From contig KZ538112.1 of NCBI GenBank assembly GCA_000934665.2, positions 1-64,000 on the forward strand: a stretch of 64,000 bases of DNA. The letters run 5' to 3'. The stretch is from Catajapyx aquilonaris (Eukaryota). Positions 61,386 through 64,000 of the stretch are shown in pieces. The number at the start of each line of letters is the position of its first letter. Positions within the stretch are counted from its first letter, which is position 1. The position numbers were made by a program, and so were the translations under genes. The notes below the pieces were generated by a model. It was not told the DNA's origin. It searched no databases and saw only the letters and a list, made by a program, of their open reading frames with translations.

Positions 61386-64000
61386 ATTTGCAAGTTTGTC
61401 GCATTGGAGAATGTCGCAAGCAGTATGACGCGATTAATGTCCAACACTGTACAATACTTCACCTAAATAACGTTCCAGGTCCATTTTCATCGAAGGATTG
61501 CCTGACACATGGCGCACAATAGATTGTGAGCAGCTGTGTCTATAGTGTATAAATTATTGAACATCTCCGACAAAGCAAGTCTGGACTGGTTGGTGTATGC
61601 GTGGTGTTGTTTTCTCCATATCGACGCTTGGGAAAAACCAGCATGGGGGTGGATTCAGCACGCAGCTTCCCTTCCAAACCAACATCGATCCCACTTTGCC
61701 TCGAAACCCGACTCACTCCCAGTGGACTTGGTTAGGGCAGGCGAGGGGTAGGATCAGGAGAGGGGGATGGAGCAGATGGGAAGAGGGAAGAGGGGAGAGG
61801 GGAGGTATAGTAAAAATGTAAGGGGGGGGGGGGGAAGAGTTTCGTTTTTTGGCCAATTCCCGTGAGGTGTGGCACGATAGGAACTAATCGCCCGAAAAGG
61901 ACCTTAATTTGTCAACTGCTCCTCATGGACCACATGAAAAAAGAAGGGAGGAAAAGTAAAATAAATGATCATGGTCCTGGTCGAGGTGATTCTGGAAATA
62001 AAAGGTGTAATTTGAGACGATTTGGTTGAATAATGGCGATTGCAAGAGAGGATGTGAGTCATAAGATTGATGGTGAATACTTGTAAGAAGAGGCGATAAT
62101 GTAGCATGATTGGTGTCGACTAACAATGAGTAGACGATTTTTTTTAAACGAAAAGAAGCTGCAACTTTTGAGAGGTCACAAGAAGATGAGCATTGACAAA
62201 GACAGGACGTCGTGATGCAGCAGCTATACCATACCTTCATCTGAAATTGGCAGGAACATGTAGAGAGCCTTGTCATTGCCAGGCTTCTTAACTGCTACGA
62301 AGAATATTGACATGTCGAACCTCAGGTGCAGCATGAGGAAGGTTTTGCGTTATTATTTAGATGGATAGGAAATGGCCAACATGGGAAGAAGTTATGTGCT
62401 TTTTATACTGGTCTATAAACAAGGCTTAAAGCATGTGATAATGGAAGCTGTTCTCTAATGCTGGCCTATATGGTCAACGTTTGCATCAACATATTGTGGC
62501 TGTATCACACGCGAACAAGCGCACTACAATGGGCAGTAATTTGTAGTGTTGTATAGTACTATTGTGTATAGATCGTTACCGACGCTCTAGCAAGTAGATC
62601 GAACATGTCCGTTGTATTTTATCTATGCTAATGGCGATATCCGATGCCTGGAATGAGCTACATGAAGGTATTGTGCTGGCAATTTTCAGCACGATTTTGT
62701 GCCATTCTTGGTTTTTGCACTGAAATGCAATTTGCGCATTTCTTAAAATTTCAGTGATTTTTTTTCCTTAAAAAGAAATATTAAATGCACAAACCCTTCC
62801 TTGAAAACAAAACATACACGTTAACTCAGCATGGACGATTTCGTAAAAATAGAAATCACAAGGTATGTTCATTATACTGTACCATGCATCTAGTGAAAAC
62901 ATAGCAGCACGGAATGCGATACAAAGTTGCTCGTAGCACATTCTCTGAAATAACAGAACGTCCGTTGACCCTGCGTAGCAACATCAAATATTCTGGCACC
63001 CGAGTACGGAACACGCCACGTAAATGCAGCAGAGAATTAACATACCGATCAATTACACCTAACACTACTGTAAAGGGCGGGCGTTAATGTTAAAGTCGCT
63101 GGATGCTTTGACGTTACAAAATTTGTCACATGTCCTGAATCAGTCAGATTCACATTACCGCATAACTTTTTAAAGTGAGCAGCATTTCTCTCGTGTCAGT
63201 GTAACTGACATGTTATCTCATATTACATACATTTTAGATTAGTAGTATCGGTACAGCTGACTGAGACACATTCGCATTCGAAGTATACGTTCCTTGGTCA
63301 GGAAAATTTATTCCATGTTTTTCTTATCAAACTTTCTCTTTAGTCAATTACTGTGTTCCTGCTTTGCAAGAACTGAAGGAAAAGTTGGCCAACCAGCAGC
63401 AGCGAAGTTCATCCAAGCCTACTTCTCTTGCATGGCTGCTCTACGTGTTTCTGGAGTAACTCCAACCCCCCTCGCAAACCAATATCACACCTCGGCCTTT
63501 CTACGGCCTCTTTCCACTTTAGTACACTCTACCCATGATGTAGACTACGCAACGAGTTTGAAGAGCTTGCACTTGATGCTTCTGGAGTGCTTAGAGAGTT
63601 GTGCCCCAGAGCACTTTTTTTCGAACTAAATTATGGGCCCCACAAATGACAGGCGTTAAAAGTGTTTCAATTGCACAATGTATCTACGTCACATTATATA
63701 TAGTCCTATCATATTGATGTTAAATTGTTGTATTACCGCCAATTGATATACATTATGAGCGCAGATATTATTCACAATTGAGCCATGGAATCGGAAAACG
63801 GGCCAAGTCCATTATGGTTGATTTATTTTCATTGTGCTCCTAATAATTTTTTTTATCTGAGTGATTATATATTTTTAAATATTACTTAGGGACACTGCCT
63901 GCCAGGTAATTCATTAAGGTCAGTACACTACGAGGGACATCAGTTGGCTATACGGAACATTTACGACTTTGAAAGTATTGGTGCAGTACGTATTTGGGGG

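Noticed and set aside
61900..63629. ORFs 61923..62276 and 63294..63629 as further exons or transposase remnants
   Set aside because: No recognisable motifs and no phase-compatible acceptor/donor pair.

Overview
Eukaryotic (animal) genomic DNA, probably arthropod given an interstitial (TTAGG)n tract, with spliceosomal introns, two N gaps and a very high density of palindromic non-autonomous DNA transposons (MITEs) from several superfamilies. Three spliced genes can be rebuilt with phase-consistent GT-AG introns. (1) A + strand gene, join(4987..5247,11026..11613), fuses an acidic N-terminal exon carrying NLS and SUMO-type motifs to a prokaryote-type pRiA4b-ORF3/MM3350-like domain, making it a candidate intronised horizontal transfer. 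(2) Inside its 5.8-kb intron lies a complete PIF/Harbinger element (6094..10912, 38-bp TIRs, TAA TSD). It has an intact four-exon MADF (Myb/SANT-like) gene, only a broken stub of the transposase, and several nested MITEs. (3) A divergent LEO1-like (Paf1 complex) gene lies on the - strand (15720..17505). The remaining ~45 kb is nearly non-coding: MITEs, Helitron fragments, perfect short hairpins, G/C-run islands and one isolated exon resembling the first macroglobulin domain of the TEP/CD109/alpha-2-macroglobulin family. All family assignments come from motif recognition, not database searches.
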